Both the position numbers and the translations under genes were made by a program. Below are positions 46,928 to 58,412 of a DNA stretch of 64,000 nt, in pieces. The notes beneath the pieces are model-generated. The model saw only the letters and a list, made by a program, of their open reading frames with translations. It was not told the DNA's origin and searched no databases. Within the stretch, counting starts at the first letter, position 1; every line of letters starts with the position of its first letter. This stretch comes from Tepidisphaera sp. (GTDB lineage: Bacteria > Planctomycetota > Phycisphaerae > Phycisphaerales > UBA1924): contig CP051526.1 of assembly GCA_050916045.1 (NCBI GenBank), positions 2,688,001 through 2,752,000 on the forward strand, in the 5' to 3' direction.

Positions 46928-48550
46928 TTAGCAGCCGGTTTCGAACGCTTGCACGAAGTCGCTGTAGTCGAAGAAGTCGGTAAAGCCGTCACCGTTGAAA
47001 TCCGAGCCTTGGCCGCCGGATTCGAACGCTTCGACGTAGTCGCTGTAGTCGAAGAAATCGACGAAATCGTCGCCGTTGAAGTCCGCCGGGCATCCGGCGG
47101 GAGCCGGGCCGATCGTGCCGCCGAAGTTCACGTTCTGCGCGAGCAGGTCCGCATCGCCCGCGGGGCCGTCGGCCCAGGCTCCGATCAGTTGGTCGCGGCC
47201 GACGGACTTGACCACGCTCAAGCGGCCCTTGGCGGTGAACCGCGTGGAGACTGGGAGGATCGCGGGCGACCACGCCGCAGCGCCCGACGCGTCCAGCGAG
47301 GTTGCTTGGATCTCCTGCGTGACCGGGCCGGTGTACTGCTGCCACATGAGGTACGAGTCGCCGGAGGGTTCGGCGTGAACGGTGATGAAGTTTGACTGGA
47401 ACCCGCCGAGCGGGACGACCTCGGCGCCCGTGCCCCAGAGCAGGCCGGTCTCGGGGCTGATGCGCTGGACGGACAAGCCGAACTGGCTCTGGTTCGGGTT
47501 GCTCCGCTGGTACGCGAGGTTGTATTCATCGTTCAGTGCGTCGAACGCGACCGAAGCGGAGAGGCGAAGCTCGGTTGAACTCGGCGCGTTGGAAGCGGCG
47601 ATGCCGCCGGCTTGGAACCGGAGCGTGCCCGCGGCGGTGACGTGTTGAAGCCAGGCGTTGCGTGTGGCTCCGTTGTCGTAGAACGCGACAATCGCGCCGC
47701 CGGAGCCGTCGGGGATGATCGTCGGGAAGTAGCCGTTCTGGATGCTTCGGAGCGGGGTCTGCGATGAGGTATAGATGTCGATCGGGCTTCCCTGGCCGCC
47801 CGAGCCGGACCAGAGCGGGGCGTTGGCGGCGTTCCACTTCTGGATCTTGAGGCCCTTGCGCGAGGCTTGGAAGGAGGTCGTCTCGCCCCGGACCCACAGG
47901 GCGATCACCTCGCCGGCGTTGCCGGCTTGGAGGTCGCTGATCGCTTGAAAGCGACCGGTCTCGGTGACGGACCAGGAGCCGCCGGCGGGGATCTGGCCGT
48001 CGGCGGCGATGCGCTGGAAGTTCAGGACGTTGCTCGAAGCCCATGCGACGACGTACGAACCGTCCGAGAGCGCGGCGACGCGCGGAGCGAGCACGTTGGC
48101 GGTGTTGGGCACCTGCACGCCGGCTGCGCCCCAGACGAGCGTGCCGTCGGGCGCGACCTTCTGCACCGTGACGACCGTGGTGCCCGAGCTGTCATCGTCA
48201 AACGCGACGATCGCGTTGCCGAGAGGGTCAACCTTCATGTCGTAGACGAAGGTCGCGGTGTTGGTGCGGTTGGCGAGGATGGGGCCGTTGCCGGGGAGGA
48301 GCCGCTCGCCCGTCGCTGAGAGTCGCTGGATGGCGGGCTTGTACCCGCTGCCGGAGCTGGTGTCGAAGTAGGAGACCCACGCTCCGCCGTCGGCGGTCGG
48401 ACGGACGAGCGGGACGCCCTGGTCGCCCGCGCCGGTCGCGACAGGCGTGTTCACGGTCGTATCGGTCGCCCACTGGGCGAGGGCGGGGGTCGCGAGCGTG
48501 CCCGCGGAGATGAAGACAAGGCTCGCTACGACCATCGACGCTGAACGCAT
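46928..48550 (-). CDS. Secreted protein with GC-type dockerin-like tail
   Basis: Signal peptide (ALAQW); DGxGG..VxW..Q repeats; ends FETGC*. Confidence 0.85.
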   Translation of the reverse strand: MRSASMVVASLVFISAGTLATPALAQWATDTTVNTPVATGAGDQGVPLVRPTADGGAWVSYFDTSSGSGYKPAIQRLSATGERLLPGNGPILANRTNTATFVYDMKVDPLGNAIVAFDDDSSGTTVVTVQKVAPDGTLVWGAAGVQVPNTANVLAPRVAALSDGSYVVAWASSNVLNFQRIAADGQIPAGGSWSVTETGRFQAISDLQAGNAGEVIALWVRGETTSFQASRKGLKIQKWNAANAPLWSGSGGQGSPIDIYTSSQTPLRSIQNGYFPTIIPDGSGGAIVAFYDNGATRNAWLQHVTAAGTLRFQAGGIAASNAPSSTELRLSASVAFDALNDEYNLAYQRSNPNQSQFGLSVQRISPETGLLWGTGAEVVPLGGFQSNFITVHAEPSGDSYLMWQQYTGPVTQEIQATSLDASGAAAWSPAILPVSTRFTAKGRLSVVKSVGRDQLIGAWADGPAGDADLLAQNVNFGGTIGPAPAGCPADFNGDDFVDFFDYSDYVEAFESGGQGSDFNGDGFTDFFDYSDFVQAFETGC

Positions 48551-48732
48551 GACCGATCCTCTCTCAAGTGTCGCCGTGCCCGGTCCGCACGCGCGGATGA
48601 TCGCAAAACGGCGGGCAGACACCGTGTTGCTTTGTACGGAGCGGAGCCTGTTCGGTTCCGACACCGGGTGAATGTACCGGAAGTCCGCGCCAAGACCAAG
48701 CGAGATTCGTCGGTTCGGGCGAAACAGGAAGA

Positions 48733-49443
48733 TCAGAGCAGATCCGGCCGCCGCTCACGCGTGCGGGTTTGCATCTGTTCGAGGCGCCACTTGGCGATCT
48801 TGCCGTGGTCGCCGGAGAGGAGCACGTCGGGGACCGTGCGGCCCTCCCACTCGCGCGGCTTGGTGTAGTGAGGACAGTCGAGCAGGCGCTCACCGGCGGG
48901 GCCGAGCTTGCCGAAGCTGTCGGTCGCTGCGGAGCCCTCATCGCCGAGGGCGCCGGGCAGGAGACGCGTCACGGCGTCGATGAGCACGATCGCGCCGAGC
49001 TCTCCGCCGGAGATGACGTAATCGCCGAGGGAGATCTCCAGGGGCGCAAGAGCTTCGATGACGCGTTCGTCGATCCCCTCGTAGTGCCCGGCGATGATGA
49101 GGAGGCGCGGCTTGGTCGCGAGGTCCTCGACGACGGCCTGCGTGAGCGGGCGGCCCTGCGGGGTCATGAGGATGCGCGTCGCGGGGCGAGGATCGGCGGC
49201 TTCCACGGCGGTGACGGCGTCCCAAAGCGGCTGACACATCATGACCATGCCCGGCCCGCCGCCGAAGGGGCGATCGTCGGTCTTGCGGTGCTTGTTGGTC
49301 GTGTACTGGCGGATGTCGGTCGCGTGCCACTCGACCAAGCCGGCGGCGCGGGCGCGAGCGGGGATGCTCACGCCCAAGGCGGCGGGCGATTCGGCGGTAA
49401 ACATCTCGGGGAAGGTCGTGAGGATGTCGACGCGGAGGGGCAT
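48733..49443 (-). CDS. trmD: tRNA (guanine-N1)-methyltransferase
   Basis: DDRPFGGGPGMVM, GHYEGIDERV, SLGDYVISGGE, PHYTKP. Confidence 0.97.
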   Translation of the reverse strand: MPLRVDILTTFPEMFTAESPAALGVSIPARARAAGLVEWHATDIRQYTTNKHRKTDDRPFGGGPGMVMMCQPLWDAVTAVEAADPRPATRILMTPQGRPLTQAVVEDLATKPRLLIIAGHYEGIDERVIEALAPLEISLGDYVISGGELGAIVLIDAVTRLLPGALGDEGSAATDSFGKLGPAGERLLDCPHYTKPREWEGRTVPDVLLSGDHGKIAKWRLEQMQTRTRERRPDLL

Positions 49444-49536
49444 GGTCGGTCGGCGTTCCAGGAAGGGGTCCCAAGAAAGAAGCCCGAGGACATGCCCCGG
49501 GCTTCTTGGTAATTCATCGGGCATGTCGAGAAGGGA

Positions 49537-49872
49537 TTACTTCTTCTCTTCCTTCGCGGGCGCGGCGGCGATGCGGGCTTCGACGTCCTTGCGGCGCTGG
49601 GACCGGCGGGCTTCCCAAGCTTTGAGGCCGCAGAGGTTCCGCTTGGCGAGGAAGTCCTCGACGGTCTCGGAGGGCTTGGCGCCGACGGAGAGCCAGTACT
49701 TCACGCGCTCTTCGTTGATGTTGAGGCCCTTGGCCGAATCCTGCTCGCGCGGGTCGTACCAGCCGAGGTTCTCGAGGCACGGGCCGTCACGACGAACGCG
49801 GCCATCGATCGCCGCGAGGCGGTAGAAGGGACGGTTGTGACGGCCGGTACGCTGGAAGCGAAGTCGAACCAC
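49537..49872 (-). CDS. rpsP: 30S ribosomal protein S16
   Basis: VRLRFQRTGRHNRPFYR..RRDG..LGWYDP..WLSVGAKPSETV; GTG start. Confidence 0.96.
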   Translation of the reverse strand: MVRLRFQRTGRHNRPFYRLAAIDGRVRRDGPCLENLGWYDPREQDSAKGLNINEERVKYWLSVGAKPSETVEDFLAKRNLCGLKAWEARRSQRRKDVEARIAAAPAKEEKK

Positions 49873-49996
49873 TTGAGGCTCCGATAGAGTCAGGGGACGT
49901 GTGCAAACTTGGACGACCGGGACCCAAACCCGGGCCTCGACTATATTCCGCGCTGCCGGACGATTCCAGTCGCCGGATTCACGCCGATTCGACCCC

Positions 49997-50833
49997 ATGA
50001 CCGATCAAAGACCGACCATTCCGACGCCGGGACACCCCACCGCGACCCCGCTCCTGTCCGTCAAGGGGCTTGTCGTTCGATTTCCGCAGCGAAGCGGCAT
50101 CCTGCAGCGGGTCGTCGGCTGGTCTCGAGCGGTCGACGGCGTTTCTTTCGACCTCGCCCGGGGGGAATCCCTCGGCCTCGTCGGGGAGTCCGGGAGCGGG
50201 AAATCGACCGTCGCCCGGGCGGTGGTCCGTCTGGTTGAAGCGGCCGAGGGGACCATCTCGCTCTGGGGCGAGGATCTGCGGCAGGCCCGGGGGGTCGGGC
50301 TCAAACGCCTCCGCCGCCGAGTCCAGATGATCTTTCAGGACCCCGCCGGAAGCCTCAACCCACGCATGCGTATCGGTGACATCGTCGCCGAGCCGCTCAT
50401 CGTCCACGGCGAAGCCGGCACCAAGCACGAACTCACGCAGCGCGTCGGAGGGCTGCTGGAACGGTGCGGGATGCCGGCGGCTTGCATGGACCGTTTCCCG
50501 CACCAGTTCAGCGGCGGGCAGAGGCAGCGGATCGCGATCGCGCGGGCTTTGGCGCTCACGCCCGAGCTCATCGTCTGCGACGAACCGACGAGCGCCCTGG
50601 ATGTGTCGATCCAGGCGCAGATCTTGAATCTGCTGAAGGATCTCCAGCGCGAGCGCGGCCTCAGCTACCTCTTCATCAGCCATGACATGGGCGTGATTCA
50701 GCACATGTGCGACCGGATCGCGGTCATGCGAGCCGGAAAGATCGTCGAAATGGGCCCGCGGGACGAGGTGCTCGAAACCCCGCGTGAGGACTACACCCGG
50801 TCGCTCCTCGCCGCCGTGCCGAACGCGGGATGA
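49997..50833 (+). CDS. Oligo/dipeptide ABC transporter ATPase (OppF/DppF-like)
   Basis: GESGSGKST, IFQDP, FSGGQRQR, CDEPTSALD. Confidence 0.9.
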   Translation: MTDQRPTIPTPGHPTATPLLSVKGLVVRFPQRSGILQRVVGWSRAVDGVSFDLARGESLGLVGESGSGKSTVARAVVRLVEAAEGTISLWGEDLRQARGVGLKRLRRRVQMIFQDPAGSLNPRMRIGDIVAEPLIVHGEAGTKHELTQRVGGLLERCGMPAACMDRFPHQFSGGQRQRIAIARALALTPELIVCDEPTSALDVSIQAQILNLLKDLQRERGLSYLFISHDMGVIQHMCDRIAVMRAGKIVEMGPRDEVLETPREDYTRSLLAAVPNAG

Positions 50834-50959
50834 AAGTTCCTTCATGCTCCGCGTGCGCAAAGCTCGCGCAAATGCAGCAGCGGTGAGGAACCGCGTCACC
50901 GCATGAGGAGAAAGGACTGCGTGCCGTTTCGGCGTTCAACTCTCCATGGAGGATTCAGC

Positions 50960-52279
50960 ATGCGTTCGACGATCGTTCTTGCGTGGACTGCGGGCCTGGC
51001 TTTGGCTTCGGCGACCGCGACCGCTCAGCCCACCTTCACGCTGATCCAGCCGGACGGCGATTTCGACTATTCGGTCATCCAAGACGTCGCGAAGGACTCG
51101 CCGCTGGTCCTCGTCTCGCTCCAGAACTCGACGCAGAGGCCGTTTCCGCTTCGGGGATACATCCTGAACGTGCGCACGGGCGAGCGGATCGAGCTCATCG
51201 ATCCGAACGGCAGCGACCTGAACCCGATCGCAATCAGCGCGGGCGGCGAGACCGTCGCGGGGTCGCTTGGCGGTGGTCCGCTTCTGGATCAGCACGCGTT
51301 CGTGTGGAGCGAAGCGACCGGCGTTGAAGACATCGTCGGACTCCCCGCCGGGAACGTGAGCTATGGCACGGGCGTGTCGGGCGATGGAACGATCGTCGTC
51401 GGGACCACCGGCGCCAACTTCGGCGATCCTTACCAGCAAGCGTGGCGCTGGACGCGCGACGGCGGGCTTGAACCGTTGGACGACATTGGCGATGACATCC
51501 TCGTGTTCGGCTCCGCGGAAGATATCTCCGGAGACGGCTCGACCGTGGTCGGAACCGGATCGATCGGCGACTTCGATCCCGACACGGACGACCTGATGTC
51601 GGGCGTCATCTGGCAGGGCGGCGGCACGACCCCGACGGATCTCGGCAATCTGCCAAGCCCGATCTCGACCGGTGGTTTGCTCCCGATGGCGGCGTCGTTC
51701 GACGGCTCGGTGGTGGTCGGTTTCGGCCCGGGCTTCTCGCAGAGCGGCGGCTTCGCGAACCGGAGCTTCCGCTGGACCGCGGTGGGCGGGCTGGTCGATG
51801 TCGGTGCCGTGCCCGGGCGCCCCGAAGGCTCGGTGCACGTGACCGACTGCTCGAGCGATGGCAACACGCTCGTCGGATACTCGATCACCGGCGGCGTGGA
51901 CACGTGGGAAGCCGTCGTCTGGACACAGGAGACGGGGTTCCGGACGCTTCGCTCGATTCTCGCGGCGGAAGGCGTCACGATCCCCGCGACGATCTCGCTC
52001 CGCGAGACGTACTGCAACGGCGACGGGACGATCATCGCGGGCTGGGCGTACGACCGCACCAACAACAAGTACCGCGGGTACATCGTGACCCTCGGCGGCG
52101 ACGTCTGCGAAGCCGACCACAACCGCGACGGGTTCGTGGATTTCTTCGACTACCTGAGCTTCGTGAGCTGCTTCGAGGGCGAGTGCAGCGATGGAACGAC
52201 CGCGGACTTCAACGGCGACGAGTTCGTGGACTTCTTCGACTACCTGGAGTTCGTGGCGGCGTTCGAAGCGGGGTGCTGA
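50960..52279 (+). CDS. Secreted HAF-repeat-like propeller protein with GC-type dockerin-like tail
   Basis: SGDGxxVVG and HAFVW/AWRW repeats; ends FEAGC*. Confidence 0.85.
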   Translation: MRSTIVLAWTAGLALASATATAQPTFTLIQPDGDFDYSVIQDVAKDSPLVLVSLQNSTQRPFPLRGYILNVRTGERIELIDPNGSDLNPIAISAGGETVAGSLGGGPLLDQHAFVWSEATGVEDIVGLPAGNVSYGTGVSGDGTIVVGTTGANFGDPYQQAWRWTRDGGLEPLDDIGDDILVFGSAEDISGDGSTVVGTGSIGDFDPDTDDLMSGVIWQGGGTTPTDLGNLPSPISTGGLLPMAASFDGSVVVGFGPGFSQSGGFANRSFRWTAVGGLVDVGAVPGRPEGSVHVTDCSSDGNTLVGYSITGGVDTWEAVVWTQETGFRTLRSILAAEGVTIPATISLRETYCNGDGTIIAGWAYDRTNNKYRGYIVTLGGDVCEADHNRDGFVDFFDYLSFVSCFEGECSDGTTADFNGDEFVDFFDYLEFVAAFEAGC

Positions 52280-52303
52280 CGCCGGAGACTTGGAGGCATT
52301 CAT

Positions 52304-52335
52304 GAGCACCGGCCGGCGGCGGTCGGTGTTCTTTC
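52304..52335 (+). terminator. Probable intrinsic terminator
   Basis: gagcaccggccg/cggtcggtgttc stem plus ttt. Confidence 0.5.
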
Positions 52336-52533
52336 ATTCACCAGCGGGTGAGAGTTCGCGAAGGGTCCTGGTACCTCCCTATCCACACCCGTCGCGATCG
52401 CGCTCGCGCGCCTTTCCGAGCGTGGAGGCCCGGAAATGACCGGTTAACATGACTTTGGCCGCGCGAAACCCACCGGAACCCTCGTCCGGGGCGGGAGTCG
52501 GGTCGGCTCGCACGTCGACTCCGGACGCCCACT

Positions 52534-52570
52534 CACCGATCGCCGGAGGAACCGGCGATCGGTGGCACGC
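52534..52570 (-). repeat. 37-bp REP-like hairpin (left copy, second locus)
   Basis: caccgatcgccggaggaaccggcgatcggtggcacgc; 35/37 inverted match to 53749-53785. Confidence 0.85.
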
Positions 52571-52608
52571 GTCGCGCTCCGCGATCGATGCCACCTGCCG
52601 CCGTCCGC

Positions 52609-53499
52609 TCACCACATGCCGCATGCGCGGAACCGCCGCTGGAGCCACGTCGCGTTGTGGATCGAACCGCCGGGGGGTGATTCGGGCGGAGAATCCCAGA
52701 GTTCGATGTTCGGATAGAGGCACAGAAAGACCCCTCCGTCCTTGAACCGTGTCACGAGGCCTTCTTTATTCTTTAGCATCGCGACCTCGACATAGTCGTC
52801 GCCGATGTCTCTCGGTTTGCCCGCTTTCTTCGCGAGTTGCGGGCCGAGGTAGTTTCCCCAGTAGATGCCATAGACTCGCTCACGCCGTATCTCCGGTGGG
52901 TCCATCCCATAGCACCATGCGTTCATGCTGAGCGTCAATTCCGGGATCGGTTCCGTCGTAGGATAGACCCAGAAGCCGTTCATTGGTGCGCGATGGTAGT
53001 CGTCAACATGAACAAAGCCATACTCTGCACCGCAGAGCGACGAAGCCTCCTCGATGACTTTGGTGAAGACTTGCAGCACAGTCAATGCATCCAACTTCAA
53101 GGCTTGCGGAATTAACTGCACTCGAAGGGTGGACCCAAGCTGAAAGCGATCTCTGATCTCGCAAACAGACCTCGCATCTCGTTCGATATCAATCACGAAT
53201 GCGTAGGGGCTGTTCCGGCCACCGATCGGTCTTGACGTCGCCATGCAAAGATCATCTCCAGCATCAAGCGATCTTGTCCAAAAGCGTGCCTTCGCCAATT
53301 CTGTGATGGGAGTCGATCGCTCTCCCGGCCAGCCAATCGAGATCTCGTCAAGGTCATTCCACACGTTCGTGACGAGTTTCAACTTCGGGAGAATCTCTGC
53401 AACAGTCGCGGCAACGCGTTGAGCAAGCAGAACGGTTTGCCCAACCTCAAGCGGCTTTAACTGGAGGAACAGGTTGAATGTTAGGTCGATGTCTCTCAT
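52609..53499 (-). CDS. Hypothetical protein (296 aa), immunity-like orphan
   Basis: Visibly lower GC than flanks; VYGIYWGNYLGP..GGVFL resembles polymorphic-toxin immunity motifs (inference). Confidence 0.72.
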   Translation of the reverse strand: MRDIDLTFNLFLQLKPLEVGQTVLLAQRVAATVAEILPKLKLVTNVWNDLDEISIGWPGERSTPITELAKARFWTRSLDAGDDLCMATSRPIGGRNSPYAFVIDIERDARSVCEIRDRFQLGSTLRVQLIPQALKLDALTVLQVFTKVIEEASSLCGAEYGFVHVDDYHRAPMNGFWVYPTTEPIPELTLSMNAWCYGMDPPEIRRERVYGIYWGNYLGPQLAKKAGKPRDIGDDYVEVAMLKNKEGLVTRFKDGGVFLCLYPNIELWDSPPESPPGGSIHNATWLQRRFRACGMW

Positions 53500-53615
53500 T
53501 CGTATTTGCCCACCTTCTATCTCCCGATCTCTTTCTGGCGGGTGGCACTACCCATCGTCGTTCCTCCGTCCGACCTCCGAACATCGCGTCTTCCTCCCAG
53601 TATACCGGGAACCTC

Positions 53616-53666
53616 GGGTGCCACCACCCTCCGCTTCGGAGGGTGGTGGATAGTCGCTCGAGCACG
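53616..53666 (-). repeat. REP-like hairpin with GGGTGCCAC end
   Basis: gggtgccaccaccctccgcttcggagggtggtggat..cgagcacg; homolog of 19919-19971. Confidence 0.75.
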
Positions 53667-53748
53667 ATGTCACGTCGGCGCGCAGGGGGTGCATGCGTCC
53701 GGCATCTGCCCGTCGCGGCGGGCGGCATCGATCGTCTGAGAGTCCCAG

Positions 53749-53785
53749 GCGTGCCACCGATCGCCGGTTCATCCGGCCATCGGTG
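53749..53785 (+). repeat. 37-bp REP-like hairpin (right copy, second locus)
   Basis: gcgtgccaccgatcgccggttcatccggccatcggtg. Confidence 0.85.
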
Positions 53786-53869
53786 CCGATGAACGCTGTG
53801 CCTTCGCGCCCGCGAGCGCGATCGCTCTTGGATCTCCCATGGTCGACTCGGGGACGGCAAGGTTCTGGA

Positions 53870-57418
<3,549 letters not shown>

Positions 57419-57436
57419 GGCGGAGTGTATCCCTAT

Positions 57437-57452
57437 ATCCGTTCATGCGGAT
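57437..57452. promoter_or_regulatory. Palindrome upstream of metH, candidate repressor site
   Basis: ATCCG-ttcatg-CGGAT, about 20 bp before the metH start. Confidence 0.4.
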
Positions 57453-57560
57453 GAATGGCTGATAAGCGTCGGTCGAGGCTCACGGTCCGGGAACCGCGCC
57501 CAGAGGAGTCATCGGCTCGCCGCCGGTGCGTGCCCCGGGGCGGGCGAGCGGCGGAGAGGG

Positions 57561-57594
57561 AAAAACAAACACACGCCGACCTCGGGCCGGCGTG
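57561..57594 (-). terminator. Probable rpmE terminator
   Basis: cacgccg/cggcgtg stem with a T tract on the minus strand. Confidence 0.55.
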
Positions 57595-57625
57595 CGTCGA
57601 TTGATTGGGGGGTGCGGCAAAGCGG

Positions 57626-57877
57626 TTAGGCCTTGGGCTCTTCCTTCTTGGCTTTCGGGTCGTCCTTTTTGAAGTAGTTGCCCGAGTACTTGCGGGTGAA
57701 CTTCTCGACGCGGCCGGCGGAGTCGACGAAGGTCTGCTTCCCCGTGAAGAAGGGGTGCGAACCGGACCAGACTTCGACGTGCATATCGGGGACGGTGGCG
57801 CCGACTTCCATCACGACCTGGCCGTTGTGGTAGACCTTGCAGCTGTGGAAGTACTTGGGGTGGATTTCGTCTTTCAT
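57626..57877 (-). CDS. rpmE: 50S ribosomal protein L31 (no Zn-ribbon cysteine set)
   Basis: MKDEIHPKY..HPFFTGKQTFVDSAGRVEKF. Confidence 0.95.
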   Translation of the reverse strand: MKDEIHPKYFHSCKVYHNGQVVMEVGATVPDMHVEVWSGSHPFFTGKQTFVDSAGRVEKFTRKYSGNYFKKDDPKAKKEEPKA

Positions 57878-58068
57878 GGGGATCCTCAGTCCGGGCCGTT
57901 GTGGGACGGGCGGGGGTCCAGGGCCAGGCGGGAACCCCCGCCGATGAGCCTGTGCCGCCAGTCCGAGACCGGTCTCAACTCTAGGCGGCGACGAGGCTCA
58001 GGCCAAGGTCCGATTGAGCCGATCTTGACCCCCGGGGGAGCCCGCCTAGGCTTACGCCCACATTCCGG

Positions 58069-58140
58069 TCCCCGATAGCTCAATGGTAGAGCGAGCGGCT
58101 GTTAACCGCTAGGTTCTAGGTTCGAGTCCTAGTCGGGGAG
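58069..58140 (+). tRNA. tRNA-Asn(GTT), CCA not encoded
   Basis: Acceptor TCCCCGA/TCGGGGA, D-arm gctc-aatggta-gagc, anticodon arm agcgg-ctGTTaa-ccgct, T-loop GGTTCGAGTCC. Confidence 0.96.
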
Positions 58141-58143
58141 TTC

Positions 58144-58173
58144 AAGGCCCTCGTCAAAGGTGACGGGGGCCTT
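58144..58173 (+). terminator. Hairpin directly after tRNA-Asn
   Basis: aaggccctcgtca/tgacgggggcctt stem. Confidence 0.55.
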
Positions 58174-58412
58174 ATCGTTTACAGACCGGGCGGCGGAATC
58201 GCCCCCGGTACCGTGCCGTGGCGGGGGTTCGGCGCTCTCGGCTTCGATCCGGAGATCGGGGTACCGCTCCGAACGACTCGGATTCGGCACCTGCGCCCCC
58301 TGAACTCTCTCGCTCTCTGGTGCTCGATGTGCGTCCAGTTAACAGGGGCGTTCCGAGCGGGGGGCTGATGCGAACGCAGCTTCGATCCGGAGAGTCTCTT
58401 CCTCACCGCCTC

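Noticed and set aside
49997..50833. Orphan peptide ABC ATPase as a novel system
   Set aside because: Standard OppF/DppF motifs; partner genes may simply lie elsewhere in the genome
57419..57625. SAM or cobalamin riboswitch upstream of metH
   Set aside because: No recognisable aptamer core; the region is largely the rpmE terminator and promoter
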